Assembly (NCBI GenBank): GCA_009103225.1
Contig: RHPI01000575.1
Span: 171,527-235,526 of the forward strand
Direction: 5' to 3'
From: Chlorokybus atmophyticus
Lineage: Eukaryota > Plantae > Mesostigma and Chlorokybus algae
DNA: 64,000 nucleotides
Below the pieces are notes generated by a model, which was not told the origin of the DNA, did not search any database, and saw nothing but the letters and a program-made list of their open reading frames with translations. The position numbers were made by a program, and so were the translations under genes. This document shows positions 63,645 to 64,000 of the stretch, in pieces (the stretch's first letter is position 1; each line of letters starts with the position of its first letter).

Positions 63645-63871
63645 GACTTCCAGGCTGGTTGTGCTCAACGCAAGTCTGGAGCTCATATTTTTTACGTTCC
63701 ACAATGATTCTCGCTTTGCGCGTGTCGCAATCGAACGCTTCACGCGTCGTGAGTCGACTCGTGACTCGTGATTGTCGTTGTCACGCCCATAGGGCTGGCG
63801 AAAGTTACTCTTTGTCACTTACTTTTTTGATAAACAATGTGGCTATGTGTGCATCCATGTGGACTTTGGCC

Positions 63872-64000
63872 AGGATATTCTTGTATCCGGTCAGCTCGCC
63901 TTGTGGATAAGAATAGCCGCGAAAAGATGCAGGCGCGAGAAGGTGCCAGTCGAGAAAGGTCCAGGCGAGGACTTCAGTCGAGAAGGTTCCAGCCGCGGAG
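63872..64000 (+). repeat. Partial LTR of the same Copia family as 51574-52046 (runs off the window)
   Basis: About 10 mismatches over ~129 bp against 51579 onward. The TGTTG start is missing and there is no PPT upstream. Confidence 0.85.

Overview
This is eukaryotic nuclear DNA, dense in transposable elements, with spliceosomal introns, long (GA)n/(TA)n tracts and one N gap. It most likely comes from a green alga or other Viridiplantae genome; this is inferred from the plant-type MGGHGGLNILPQK start of a LENG1-like gene and a plant-type tRNA-iMet primer site. In order: (1) two ~5 kb inverted copies of a pogo-like DNA transposon unit (1-5205 and 13006-17850) bracket a LENG1-like gene and a NIDO+PKD-like secreted-protein gene; (2) a Tc1/mariner-pogo-type MITE; (3) a decayed tyrosine-recombinase (DIRS/kangaroo-like) retroelement with a Dam-like MT domain; (4) a Ty3/Gypsy element with a complete C5-cytosine DNA methyltransferase domain between protease and RT, in the same frame as RT, plus a PHD finger after the integrase (the standout); (5) a LINE endonuclease remnant; (6) a young, intact chromovirus with a candidate -1 frameshift pseudoknot, inserted into a coiled-coil/RING pseudogene; (7) a GIY-YIG endonuclease relic next to a decayed Helitron RepHel; (8) a gag-protease-only Copia; (9) an RLE-type LINE tail; (10) a secreted galaxin-like Cys-repeat gene; (11) a 51-bp palindrome. 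All domain calls come from reading motifs by eye; no database search was run.
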